The translations under genes were made by a program, and so were the position numbers. A stretch of 64,000 nucleotides of DNA from Patescibacteria group bacterium (GTDB lineage: Bacteria; Patescibacteriota; WWE3; 2-01-FULL-39-13): positions 21,785-85,784 of the forward strand of contig JASNYX010000003.1 in NCBI GenBank assembly GCA_048499955.1, given 5' to 3'. Under the pieces are notes generated by a model. That model was given only the letters and a program-made list of their open reading frames with translations. It had not been told where the DNA came from and made no database searches. Positions 36,042 through 46,087 of this stretch are shown piece by piece (the stretch's first letter is position 1; every line of letters begins with the position of its first letter).

Positions 36042-37083
36042 ATTGCCTTCTTATTTCCAAACCCCTATGAGTATCTTCTTCTTCCTTATGGGAATTGTAT
36101 TCATTGTTTTTGTTTTTACCTTTACCTACGTAGCAGATAAAGATGCGTATGTGCAAAAAATTAACGCAAATAGAGCTGGTTCTTTAAATGCACTGGATTC
36201 ATTTAAGACTGATTTTGGCAAAGCGAGTATAAGCCTGAGTTCTTTAGTGCACGGAGGCCCAGGTAAAGATGGTATTCCTTCTTTAAGTCAGCCTTCATTT
36301 TCAAGAATATCCGACGTGACAACACAAGTGGAAGATCGCGGATTGTTAGTGACTTCCGGAGATGAAGTTAAGTTCTACCCTTTGAATGTTATGGTTTGGC
36401 ATGAGGTTGTTAACGATGAAATCGATGGCGTTCCGGTTGTGGTTTCATATTCCCCTTTAACAGGTACTGCAGTTGCATATGACCGATCCGTTGGTGACGC
36501 AGTGTTAGATTTTGGTGTAACCGGTTTATTATATGAAGCAAATCAGATTATGTATGATCGCAAGAGTGAATCCTTTTGGGTTCAAAATTCAGGTGTTTCA
36601 GTTGCGGGGTTTTATAATGGAACTTCATTAAAACGAAGAGATGTCCAGATTCTGGATTTTGCAATGTTGAAGAAGTTGTACCCTAATGCCTTGGTATTAA
36701 ATACAGACACCGGATATTCTCGCGATTATACTCGTAATCCTTACGAAGAATATATGTCATCGGATGTTTTGTATCCTGAGTTCAGGATATCCTATATAGA
36801 CAATAGAAATCATCCTAAAGATTTGGTTTACGCGTTTCCTGTTGGTAATGTTGTCTTTGCAATTCGCGAGAATGATGTGGTAAAGGGCAAACCATTAGTA
36901 TTTAACGAACATGGATACGAATTGAAGGTAGAAAGAAAAGATTCAGGACTGGAGGCACACGTTCTTGGATTAGATCCTGATACAGATCGGCCTAGGTATT
37001 ATAAGATGCCGGGGTATTATGAGATGTGGTTTTCTTGGTCTGTCGCTCGTGTCGATGACGGAATTCTTCTTGAAATAAAATAG
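36004..37083 (+). CDS. Membrane-anchored DUF3179-like protein
   Basis: N-terminal TM. WHEVVNDEIDGVPVVVSYSPLTGT resembles the DUF3179 core. Confidence 0.35.
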   Translation: MSPAPETLEIKSKLPSYFQTPMSIFFFLMGIVFIVFVFTFTYVADKDAYVQKINANRAGSLNALDSFKTDFGKASISLSSLVHGGPGKDGIPSLSQPSFSRISDVTTQVEDRGLLVTSGDEVKFYPLNVMVWHEVVNDEIDGVPVVVSYSPLTGTAVAYDRSVGDAVLDFGVTGLLYEANQIMYDRKSESFWVQNSGVSVAGFYNGTSLKRRDVQILDFAMLKKLYPNALVLNTDTGYSRDYTRNPYEEYMSSDVLYPEFRISYIDNRNHPKDLVYAFPVGNVVFAIRENDVVKGKPLVFNEHGYELKVERKDSGLEAHVLGLDPDTDRPRYYKMPGYYEMWFSWSVARVDDGILLEIK

Positions 37084-37180
37084 CCCCACTTTTTGCTAAC
37101 ATAACTGCATGATAGAATTGCTCAGATTAATGTTCTCAGTGAAGGCATTGGGCACCTCTAGTTAGCCTATTATTTACTAT

Positions 37181-38152
37181 ATGAAAATTTTAGCCACAGG
37201 AGCCGCCGGATTTATCGGTTCCAATATTTGTGAGTACCTATTAGAAAAAGGTCACGAGGTTGTAGGTTTAGATAATTTCAATGATTATTACTCTCCAAAG
37301 CTTAAAGAATTTAATATCAGCTCGTTTGTAAATCATCCCAAATTTAAACTTTACCGCACAGATCTAACCAATATTGCTGATACAGACCGTGTATTTGAAT
37401 CTGAGAAACCTGAGTCCGTTATACACCTTGCTGCCTGGGCAGATGTTACATATTCCGTTATAAACGCACATGTTTATGCTGTGGAAAATTATGTAGTAAC
37501 CAGCGATTTAGCAGATTTGTCTGTGAAACATAATGTAAAGTCTTTCGTTTTTGCTTCTACTTCTTCTGTTTATGGAAACAAAAATGAAGTCCCATTTGCT
37601 GAGGACTCAAACACTGATTTCCCGGCTGCACCTTATCCGGCTAGCAAGAAATCAAGCGAAATTCTTTTGTACACATATAATTTGAATCACGGTCTTAATG
37701 TGTCTGTTCTGAGATTTTTTAATCCTATTGGCCCTAGATTAAGACCTGATATGGCAACTCCAAAATTAGTAAGAGCTGCTGAATTCGGCTATGAGTTTCC
37801 CCTTTATCAAAACCCTACAGCATCATCGCGTGATTACACATATATAGGTAATATGTGCGAAGCTATGGAAAAAGCGGCAGGAATGCAATTAGGATACGAA
37901 GTTATGAATCTTGGTAACTCCGAGCCTGTGACCTTAATTGATTTATTAAATACTGTCGAAAAAGTTTCCGGGAAGAAAATCAAAACCGTGGAAGATCCTC
38001 GAATAGGTCAGATGAGTATTACATGTGCTGACATCACTAAGGCTAAGAATATATTAGGATATAATCCTTCTGTGAACTTGGAACAAATGATTGAAATCTA
38101 CTACAAGTGGTTTATTGAACAGCCCGAGTGGTATCAGACACTAAAGGTTTGA
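37181..38152 (+). CDS. NAD-dependent nucleotide-sugar epimerase/dehydratase (SDR family)
   Basis: ATGAAGFIGSN Rossmann motif. YxxxK (YPASKKSSE). Confidence 0.8.
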   Translation: MKILATGAAGFIGSNICEYLLEKGHEVVGLDNFNDYYSPKLKEFNISSFVNHPKFKLYRTDLTNIADTDRVFESEKPESVIHLAAWADVTYSVINAHVYAVENYVVTSDLADLSVKHNVKSFVFASTSSVYGNKNEVPFAEDSNTDFPAAPYPASKKSSEILLYTYNLNHGLNVSVLRFFNPIGPRLRPDMATPKLVRAAEFGYEFPLYQNPTASSRDYTYIGNMCEAMEKAAGMQLGYEVMNLGNSEPVTLIDLLNTVEKVSGKKIKTVEDPRIGQMSITCADITKAKNILGYNPSVNLEQMIEIYYKWFIEQPEWYQTLKV

Positions 38153-38184
38153 ATGCCTTCCGGCAACGGAACTATTAAATAAAC

Positions 38185-39189
38185 ATGAAAGCTGACTATT
38201 TATCTAGACAAAAACCTTCGGGGAATTTGGTTTCGATTGTTATTCCTTGTTATAACGAGGAAAAAAACATTAACCGTACGCTTGAAGGTCTTTTGGAAGA
38301 GGAAAAAAAATCTCCTTATAAATTCGAAATTATTGCTGTCAACGATGGCAGTAAAGATGGCACCTGGAGTGTAATTTCCGAATACGCGGAAAAACATCAA
38401 AATATAGTTGGTATTAACCAAATGGGGAATTTTGGGCAGTCTCAAGCATATCAGGCCGGTTTCGATACTGCTTCAGGCGGATATGTACTAATATGTTCCG
38501 CGGATCTTGAAACTCCTTTACATCACATTCACGACGTTATCAGCTATCTCGATAGCGGATACGACTTTGTAAACACCAACCGTGAAGGACGTTGGGGCGG
38601 AGATCGTGCAGCAAAAAGCGGAATGGCCAATAAAATCATTCAGAGGATTTCGAAGATCGATATTAAAGATCGAGGAAGCGGAATGAAAGGTATGATTTCA
38701 CCTATCGCTAAGACGATTAAATTTTATGGAGAAATGCACAGGTTTATTCCGGATTATGCCAGTGTTTATGGTGCGAAAATCAAAGAATTCGATACTGAAT
38801 TTAAAGATCGTGATGCCGGAGTTTCAGCTTATCAAGGTCATAAAAGAACAATCAAGGTGTTGCTCGACTTAGTAACGTTATATTTTATGTTGTATTTTTC
38901 ACGAAAACCTTTCACTGCTATGCCGGGAAGGCTATTCGGATTCTCAGGTGCCGTCATGGCGGTTATTGGCTTCGGTATTACCTCAGTCTTAATTTTCGAG
39001 AAAATCTTTTTCGTTGAAAATCTTGCTGATCGTCCACTTTTTACCTTAGGAATTTTTATGCTGCTACTTGGAATTATTATGACAATGTTGGGAATGCTTG
39101 GTGAATTACTTATGCGAATCTATTTCGAATCTACAGGAAGAAAACCCTATATGGTTCGGAATACTATAAATGGTAAAAGTGCATCGTAA
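38185..39189 (+). CDS. GT2-family glycosyltransferase with C-terminal TM helices (polyprenol-phosphate sugar transferase, DPM-synthase/GtrB-like)
   Basis: SIVIPCYNEEKNI and VNDGSKDGT. C-terminal hydrophobic segments. Confidence 0.8.
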   Translation: MKADYLSRQKPSGNLVSIVIPCYNEEKNINRTLEGLLEEEKKSPYKFEIIAVNDGSKDGTWSVISEYAEKHQNIVGINQMGNFGQSQAYQAGFDTASGGYVLICSADLETPLHHIHDVISYLDSGYDFVNTNREGRWGGDRAAKSGMANKIIQRISKIDIKDRGSGMKGMISPIAKTIKFYGEMHRFIPDYASVYGAKIKEFDTEFKDRDAGVSAYQGHKRTIKVLLDLVTLYFMLYFSRKPFTAMPGRLFGFSGAVMAVIGFGITSVLIFEKIFFVENLADRPLFTLGIFMLLLGIIMTMLGMLGELLMRIYFESTGRKPYMVRNTINGKSAS

Positions 39190-39198
39190 CTCATAATA

Positions 39199-40089
39199 AT
39201 GAATAAACACTTTTCTCTTTTTGTAAAAGTATTAATAAGCGTTTCTTTGATTTCATATCTGATTTATTCACAGGATATAGCATCTATAAGAGAGGGTTTG
39301 GCTAGTTTTTCTATCATATTTTTAATTTTTGCGGTTTGCATCCAATTGTTGGGAACTCTATTTTCTGCTTATCGTTGGCAGTTGATTTTGAAAACTTCGG
39401 ATGTAAATGTTTCAACAAGATACCTATATATTCTGTATTTGAAGGGTTATTTTTATAATAACTTTTTGCCTACTCAAATGGGCGGCGATGTTTATAAGTC
39501 TATCAGTCTAGGTAAAAAAATTGACGATCAAAGCACGTCTCTTTTCAGTGTTTTTATGGATAGGTTCGGCGGTTTACTTATTTTGCTTTGCGTAGGTTTG
39601 ATCGGTGTATCTTCTTTATTCGGTACGAGTGGATTGATAACTGCATTATTGATTCTATTTGTTTCGACTTTGGCTTATTTTCCTATTTTGGAATTGTCGG
39701 ATAAATATTTAGGGAAAAAAATAAAGCTGATTTCGAAGTTTAAAAAGGCGAGCTCACTATTCATGACAAACAGGAAGTCTGCAGTTAAAGTGTTGCTGTA
39801 TTCGCTTTTAATACAACTATGTTCTTTCGCCGGACTTTATATTATTTTTATCGGATTCGGTATTTTTTTACAGATGTGGGATGTAATCGCTTTTATGCCT
39901 ATTGCCTCACTATCTTCACTTATACCTTCTTTTAATGGCTTAGGTGCACAGGAAACCGTTTATGCATTTTTATTTTCAAATGCCGGAGTAACGGTTGGGA
40001 TTTCTATTGCGGCATCAATCATTATGCATTTAATGAGAATAATAATGAGCTTTTTTGGCGGAATTTTAATTCTTTTTGGAATTGAATAG
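39199..40089 (+). CDS. Flippase-like (UPF0104/AglD-type) integral membrane protein
   Basis: Eight or so TM helices. Sits between GT2 and GT4 genes. Confidence 0.45.
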   Translation: MNKHFSLFVKVLISVSLISYLIYSQDIASIREGLASFSIIFLIFAVCIQLLGTLFSAYRWQLILKTSDVNVSTRYLYILYLKGYFYNNFLPTQMGGDVYKSISLGKKIDDQSTSLFSVFMDRFGGLLILLCVGLIGVSSLFGTSGLITALLILFVSTLAYFPILELSDKYLGKKIKLISKFKKASSLFMTNRKSAVKVLLYSLLIQLCSFAGLYIIFIGFGIFLQMWDVIAFMPIASLSSLIPSFNGLGAQETVYAFLFSNAGVTVGISIAASIIMHLMRIIMSFFGGILILFGIE

Positions 40090-41278
40090 TATGAAAATAC
40101 TGAGAATTGTTTATGACTGGCCTGATTTAAATAATATTACAGAGGGTTTGGCTCCTGCACCATATGAATTGTCTTTAGCTCAGACACGACTAGGTCACGA
40201 AGTGTATGTTCTTTGTGGAAATCTTAACGGACGTAACCTTAAAGCAGGGAAGTTTTCGTATGATTTAGCGGACGGTAAGATTCATGTTTATAATCTGCCA
40301 AGAGCTATTGGAGGATTCGGGCCATTTTTGAGCACTTCAATTTTTGTTCTGATCTACTATTTCTATTTGAGATTGTTTCGGCGGATTGATATTGTGCATA
40401 ACCACGGTCATTTAGGGCTTTGGTTCTTGCTGTATAAATCGATTTTTGGATTTGTAGATAAGATTCCGGTGATCGGGCACTTCCATATTACAGCAAGAGG
40501 TAGAGAGAAAGCGTTAATTGAATCAGGGCAGAAAATCGATTCTTTTTCAAAGTTCTTTGAATACCCTTTGCATAAATTTTCAGATTTTTTGATGACTAAA
40601 GTATGTTTCCATTTGGTAGCCGTGAGTAGGGATATCGTTCATGAGGTGCAAACTTTCTATGGTGTGAAAGATTCAAATATCACAATACTCGAATCCGGAG
40701 TTGATGCGAACAGATTTTCGGAATCAGGTAAAAAGGCTTCACTAAATTTTAAAAATACCGACATCATAATCGGAAATGGCGGAAGACTTAGCAAAAGGAA
40801 AAATATTGATGTTCTTGTAAGTGCCGTGTCGTTGCTTCCTGAAAACTATAAATTGGTTCTCTGGGGGCCGTGGGATGAGAAATTCAAGCCGGTTGTAGAC
40901 CGGATTATTAGTAGCAAAAATATGTCACATAGGGTGCATTATGCGGGTGTAGTTTCTTATTTTGATGTTGATGATTACTACCGGGCAACAGATATTTTTG
41001 TACTCCCTTCATCGTATGAAGGGCTTCCCAAAGTTGTTCTCGAGGCTTTAGCTTGCGGATGCAAAGTTATTGCTAGTGGGTTTAGTATAGATCATGAACT
41101 TCCTGAGCTTGTGCTTATTAAAGAAGTGAATGAAAAATCTTTAGCAGATTCTATTATTTCAGCATCGGGTAAAGTTAAGAATCGCGAAGTAACCCGAAAG
41201 ATTGTTGAAAAATTTTATAGTTGGGATTCTAAGGCCTTGTCAGTAGACGAAATAATGAATACTTTAGTAAATCGATAG
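40076..41278 (+). CDS. GT4 (GT-B fold, family 1-like) glycosyltransferase
   Basis: C-terminal E..A.GC.VIAS and FVLPSSYEGLPKVVLEALACG motifs. Confidence 0.7.
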   Translation: MELNSMKILRIVYDWPDLNNITEGLAPAPYELSLAQTRLGHEVYVLCGNLNGRNLKAGKFSYDLADGKIHVYNLPRAIGGFGPFLSTSIFVLIYYFYLRLFRRIDIVHNHGHLGLWFLLYKSIFGFVDKIPVIGHFHITARGREKALIESGQKIDSFSKFFEYPLHKFSDFLMTKVCFHLVAVSRDIVHEVQTFYGVKDSNITILESGVDANRFSESGKKASLNFKNTDIIIGNGGRLSKRKNIDVLVSAVSLLPENYKLVLWGPWDEKFKPVVDRIISSKNMSHRVHYAGVVSYFDVDDYYRATDIFVLPSSYEGLPKVVLEALACGCKVIASGFSIDHELPELVLIKEVNEKSLADSIISASGKVKNREVTRKIVEKFYSWDSKALSVDEIMNTLVNR

Positions 41279-41332
41279 CACTCTGGGTATCTCAAGACAA
41301 CTAAGCTCATCCGTGCTATCTTCGTAAAGAAT

Positions 41333-42592
41333 ATGACCACAAAGATACTAAAATTTCCAAACGGTTTCTTATGGGGAACCGCAACCTCTGCACATCAAAT
41401 TGAAGGCAATAATAAAAACTGTGATTGGTGGAAGTGGGAACAAAGCAAAAAATATCCGGATGGAGTAAATGTTCATTCATCTGACGACTCAATTTTCGAG
41501 GAACGAGAGTGGCCGCTTGAGCCATCAAATGATGCGTGTGATTCGTTCAATAGATACGAGGAAGATTTTGATTTGTGCGTGAAAATGAACAATAATGCCG
41601 TTAGATTTTCGATCGAATGGGCACGAATTGAACCTGAAGAAGGCAAGTTTGACGAAGAAGCATTGAATCATTATAAAAAAATGATTTTGGCTGCGAAATC
41701 GAGAAATCTCCAGACCTTTGTTACTCTTCATCATTTCACCAGTCCTGTATGGTTTATGAATAAGGGTGGATTTGCAAATTGGAATGCACCGTATTATTTT
41801 TCACGTTATGCGAAAAAATGTGCTGAAGTTTTTGGAGCGGATATAGACGCCTATTTAACGATAAACGAGCCTCAGGTTTACATTTTTATGTCATATATAA
41901 ACGGAATTTGGCCGCCGGCTAAGAGAAATCCCTTTTCCGCGTCATGGATAAACGTTAATTTCACCAGAATTCATCGAGCTGCATATGATGCAATCAAAAG
42001 TGTCAGTTCCGACTACAAGGTTGGTATCGTACGACATATAGTATGGAGAGAAGCTTTTTCGCGCAATCATATTTTGTATCCGGTAGATTGGTTTGTAGCG
42101 AAGGTAATGTATTTTCTCAACCTCGATTTTTTTATGATGCTGGTAGGAAAGAAAAACGACTTAATTGGTCTAAATTATTACTTTACTGAAATAGTTAAGA
42201 ACTTTTTGCCTAATAATCCTGATGATAGAATTTCTGATTTGGGGTGGTGGATATGTCCTTGGGGATTGGAAAAAGTGTTATTAAGCTTGAAAAAATACAA
42301 CGTGCCGATTTACATAACTGAAAACGGGATTGCGGATGCCAAAGATCAGCTTAGAAAGGAATTCTTGTTCGAAATGATTCATGCCTGTCATGTGGCGATT
42401 GAACAGGGTGTAGACCTTAAGGGCTATTTTTACTGGTCTTTATTGGACAACTACGAGTGGCATCACGGCTTTTGGCCAAGATTCGGGCTTATCGAAATTG
42501 ATAGAGAAAATAATCTTGAAAGAAAACCGCGTGCTTCAGCCGACTTTTATGGAAAAATTGCCCAAGAAAACGGTTTAGAGATTATCTCGTAA
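41333..42592 (+). CDS. Glycoside hydrolase family 1 beta-glucosidase/beta-galactosidase
   Basis: FLWGTATSAHQIEG N-terminal signature. TINEP acid/base. ITENGIA nucleophile motif. Confidence 0.8.
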   Translation: MTTKILKFPNGFLWGTATSAHQIEGNNKNCDWWKWEQSKKYPDGVNVHSSDDSIFEEREWPLEPSNDACDSFNRYEEDFDLCVKMNNNAVRFSIEWARIEPEEGKFDEEALNHYKKMILAAKSRNLQTFVTLHHFTSPVWFMNKGGFANWNAPYYFSRYAKKCAEVFGADIDAYLTINEPQVYIFMSYINGIWPPAKRNPFSASWINVNFTRIHRAAYDAIKSVSSDYKVGIVRHIVWREAFSRNHILYPVDWFVAKVMYFLNLDFFMMLVGKKNDLIGLNYYFTEIVKNFLPNNPDDRISDLGWWICPWGLEKVLLSLKKYNVPIYITENGIADAKDQLRKEFLFEMIHACHVAIEQGVDLKGYFYWSLLDNYEWHHGFWPRFGLIEIDRENNLERKPRASADFYGKIAQENGLEIIS

Positions 42593-42637
42593 TCTTTTAC
42601 TATGGCGTCGTAGTTTCCGAAACGGTACTATATTAAT

Positions 42638-43735
42638 ATGAACTTTCTGCCCGATTGGTTCAGACCCAAAAAGAAGACCCAACTCAGTGAGGCGTTTAGC
42701 CTCTTTTTAAAATTCTTTTCGTTAAGGATTATTCAGATTTCTCTCATAGTATTGTTGTTACTGATTGTTATTCCTCTAGTGTTTTTCATAATTCACAGGC
42801 CCACTCGTCAGAATGATATTTCGTATGGTGTGACTTTTAGCAACCGGTATGCAACTGAGCTGGGTTTGGACTGGCAAGATGCCTATATTAAGTCCCTCGA
42901 TGACCTACAGGTTAAGAATTACAGATTGGTAGCTTATTGGGACGACATTGAGCGAGTTAGAGATACTTATGACTATACGGACATTAAATGGCAACTCGAT
43001 GAAGCAGAAAAGAGAGACACAAATATTATTTTAGCTGTGGGTAAAAAGGCACCAAGATGGCCTGAATGTTTTGAGCCTGATTGGTGGAAAAACATCAGTC
43101 ACTACGATGAACGGGAACTTGAGCTATTGGAATTTGTAAAGCTTACAGTTAACGAGTTAAAAGGTTACGACAGCATTAAAATCTGGCAGGTGGAAAACGA
43201 GCCGTTTTTCCCTTTTGGGGAATGCTCAAGATTTAAAGAAACTACTCTTGAGAAGGAAATTAACTTGGTTAGAAGTCTCGATTCCCGACCGATACTAACA
43301 CAAGATAGCGGAGAGGGTGGCTTATGGTTCAAAACCTATTCATACGGTGATTTGATGGGTATCTCAATGTACAGAAAAATCTGGTATGACTTTTGGGGAG
43401 TGTTTTTAGGTCGATCTATTTACTTTCAGTACCCACTGGCACATTGGAGCTATAAGATTAAGGCTGCCGTATTAGGAATCCCTTACGATCGAATTTATGT
43501 TACAGAGTTACAAGCAGAACCTTGGGGGCCGGGAATAAATTCCGAGTTGTCGCAAGAAGAGAAAAATAAAACGATGTCAGTTGGAGATTTTGTTTCTACC
43601 ATAAGTTATGCTCAAAACGCAGGGTTTAAACACCTATACTTTTGGGGTGTCGAGTGGTGGCTATGGGAAAAAGAAGTTAATGGAAACTCGTTCTACTGGG
43701 ATACTGCCAGGGCATTATTTGCCACAGGTAAATAA
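42638..43735 (+). CDS. Membrane-anchored TIM-barrel glycoside hydrolase (GH5/clan GH-A-like)
   Basis: N-terminal TM. WQVENEPFF (NEP acid/base motif). Confidence 0.5.
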   Translation: MNFLPDWFRPKKKTQLSEAFSLFLKFFSLRIIQISLIVLLLLIVIPLVFFIIHRPTRQNDISYGVTFSNRYATELGLDWQDAYIKSLDDLQVKNYRLVAYWDDIERVRDTYDYTDIKWQLDEAEKRDTNIILAVGKKAPRWPECFEPDWWKNISHYDERELELLEFVKLTVNELKGYDSIKIWQVENEPFFPFGECSRFKETTLEKEINLVRSLDSRPILTQDSGEGGLWFKTYSYGDLMGISMYRKIWYDFWGVFLGRSIYFQYPLAHWSYKIKAAVLGIPYDRIYVTELQAEPWGPGINSELSQEEKNKTMSVGDFVSTISYAQNAGFKHLYFWGVEWWLWEKEVNGNSFYWDTARALFATGK

Positions 43736-43736
43736 T

Positions 43737-44555
43737 TTAGATAAAAGTCTTCAAGTATTCTAAACCTCCGGTTAGCCCGTTTGTATCTCCAAGTGCAGAT
43801 ATCCTGATTTCCGGCGTGTAAGCCGGTAACGATTTATCTAATGCGGATATAAGAGGCTTCAGGAAAAGATGAGATTTTTTCGACATACTTCCACCGATCA
43901 CAATTACTTCAGGTTGCCACAATAGTGTCAGGTTATGGAAACCAACCGCCAAGATTTCTCCATACTCTGCCCACAGAGCAGGATCATGGTAATCGATCGG
44001 ATTTACACCATATCTTTTGGTGAAACCTGTACCTGAAGAGAAGCTTTCCCAGGAACCTTTAATATTGCGGACAGCTAGCTCATTACCATGAAAGTTTATG
44101 ATGTGGTGTCCCGGTTCGTAGTTATACCGTGTATCGGGAATTTTTCTATCGACAATCAATGTACCGCCGACTCCTGTGCTGATAGTTACATAGGCTACTC
44201 GGTTGAAGTTTTTTCCTTCTCCTGAGGTTGCTTCTGCAAGTCCAGCGAGCGTGGCGTCGTTCTCAATTTTTATTTCACAGTCCAAATCGGGGAAAATGTC
44301 TTTTACCGTTTTTCCATCAAGATAGGGAATATGAGGAGCTTTAATGACCTTATTTTCGTGGTGATCAACGAATCCTGCAACTCCGAATAAGATTGACTTG
44401 TGTTGGCCGAAAGATTTTAACGTTTCACATAATTTTTTAGAAAACTCAGGAAAAGTTTGAGGTGTGGAATACCTTATTACTTCCTTGAACTCTTTGGCGT
44501 GTGTTGTGATTCCGATTCTGGTATTAGTGCCTCCGGCATCGATTATTGCGTACAT
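43737..44555 (-). CDS. ROK/BadF-type sugar kinase (putative glucokinase)
   Basis: MYAIIDAGGTNTRIGI N-terminal ATPase motif. ISTGVGG. Confidence 0.6.
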   Translation of the reverse strand: MYAIIDAGGTNTRIGITTHAKEFKEVIRYSTPQTFPEFSKKLCETLKSFGQHKSILFGVAGFVDHHENKVIKAPHIPYLDGKTVKDIFPDLDCEIKIENDATLAGLAEATSGEGKNFNRVAYVTISTGVGGTLIVDRKIPDTRYNYEPGHHIINFHGNELAVRNIKGSWESFSSGTGFTKRYGVNPIDYHDPALWAEYGEILAVGFHNLTLLWQPEVIVIGGSMSKKSHLFLKPLISALDKSLPAYTPEIRISALGDTNGLTGGLEYLKTFI

Positions 44556-44556
44556 A

Positions 44557-45834
44557 TTATTCAGCAGTGTCTTTTAAATAATTAATAACCGGTAGCTGAT
44601 TTCCTGAGAGGAATTCAATTGTTGCACCTCCGGCAAGGCTAACATGAGAGATATTTTCTGCATTCCCGAATTGGTTAAGAGCATCAATAGTATCGCCTCC
44701 TGCAATTATTGTGTTTCCGGCATGGTTTGAAAGCTCTTCAGCAACGGTTTTGGTTCCCAGTGAGTAATTGGGCTGTTCATATACCCCAAGAGGGCCTGCC
44801 CAGAAAACTGTTTTTGATTGTGAAATGATTTCTTTAAACAAGTTTGTTGTCCTTGGGCCAATATCGTAGGCTGCCCATCCATCTTGTATTGTTTCCGAAG
44901 ATTCAGTTACGTTTACAACTTGATGTTCGCTATCGTTATCAATTTGCTTACCTACCACAAAATCAATTGGGGTTACTATTTTCCCTAGGTTCGTGTTTTC
45001 TGAAATTTCAAATAAATCGGGTGTGTTTTTATGACCTTTCTCTATAAGTTCATGTGCAATAGCCAGTATGTTTTTATCACTATCTTTTGTGGAGGAGACT
45101 TTTTCTTCCACATAGGAATTTCCCAGATTTTTACCTTCAGCTTTTAGGAAAGCGTTTGCTAGTCCACCTCCTACGAGTATTATGTCGGCAATGTTATAGA
45201 AATTGGTAATAGCATCAATTTTGTCTGAGATTTTGGCTCCGCCTATGACCACGGTAAAAGGTTTTTCCGGTTTATCGAGAAGTTTTTGGAGTGAGTTGTA
45301 TTCTTCTTCAAAGTACATACCGGCACATGAGGGCAGTATTTTTAGAATGCCTGATGTGGAAGATACCGCTCGATGTGCCTGGGGGAAACCGTCAAAAACA
45401 ATATAGTCACATCCTTCGCAGAGTTTTTCTGCAAATGAATGGTTCTCTTCGTAGTCTTCTTTATAGAATCTGGAATTTTCCAACATCAGAATTTCTCGGT
45501 CTTTTAGTGCTCGGATTTTACTGTTGATTTCGGGCTCAATGCATCCATTTACATGGATTACCGGTTGTTTAAGCATTATAGATAATGCTTCGGCATGCGG
45601 CTTGGTAGAGAGATCATTTTCAAATCCGGATTTAGGTCTGCCGACCCAAGTTAAGATTACTATTTTGCAGTTTTGAGAAAGTAAAAAATTGAGAGTAGGT
45701 AGAGTCCGTTTTATTCTGGTGTCATCTTTTATTAGGTATTTGTCGTCTTTTAACTGTGTCTCGATATCGTAGGGTGCTCTATATAAAACTGTTCTTCCGT
45801 TTAAGTTTTGCCCTGATAATGATTTTAAACGCAT
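44557..45834 (-). CDS. pgk: Phosphoglycerate kinase
   Basis: VLYRAPYDIE, FDGFPQAHRAVSS(T), VFWAGPLGVYE and C-terminal LAGGATIEFL motifs. Confidence 0.9.
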   Translation of the reverse strand: MRLKSLSGQNLNGRTVLYRAPYDIETQLKDDKYLIKDDTRIKRTLPTLNFLLSQNCKIVILTWVGRPKSGFENDLSTKPHAEALSIMLKQPVIHVNGCIEPEINSKIRALKDREILMLENSRFYKEDYEENHSFAEKLCEGCDYIVFDGFPQAHRAVSSTSGILKILPSCAGMYFEEEYNSLQKLLDKPEKPFTVVIGGAKISDKIDAITNFYNIADIILVGGGLANAFLKAEGKNLGNSYVEEKVSSTKDSDKNILAIAHELIEKGHKNTPDLFEISENTNLGKIVTPIDFVVGKQIDNDSEHQVVNVTESSETIQDGWAAYDIGPRTTNLFKEIISQSKTVFWAGPLGVYEQPNYSLGTKTVAEELSNHAGNTIIAGGDTIDALNQFGNAENISHVSLAGGATIEFLSGNQLPVINYLKDTAE

Positions 45835-46087
45835 ATGTTTATTATATATGCGAATTTACTAAGTAGAACAAGCAAATCGCCTTTTTTAAATTAATAGAAC
45901 GATTTAAGTCTGCAGGGAGGGTCTTACAAAAATCTTACAAGTTTTTGCATTTTTTTTGTGAGGCCTAATCTAGTCTATTTTTATAGATCACATAGTTTAA
46001 TCGTTTAGTTAAGGGGATGTGCGAATTATTTTATGTGATTCAATCAGCCAGTCTGCCGTCACTAGGTGGCTGGCTGAGTAAAAAGAA

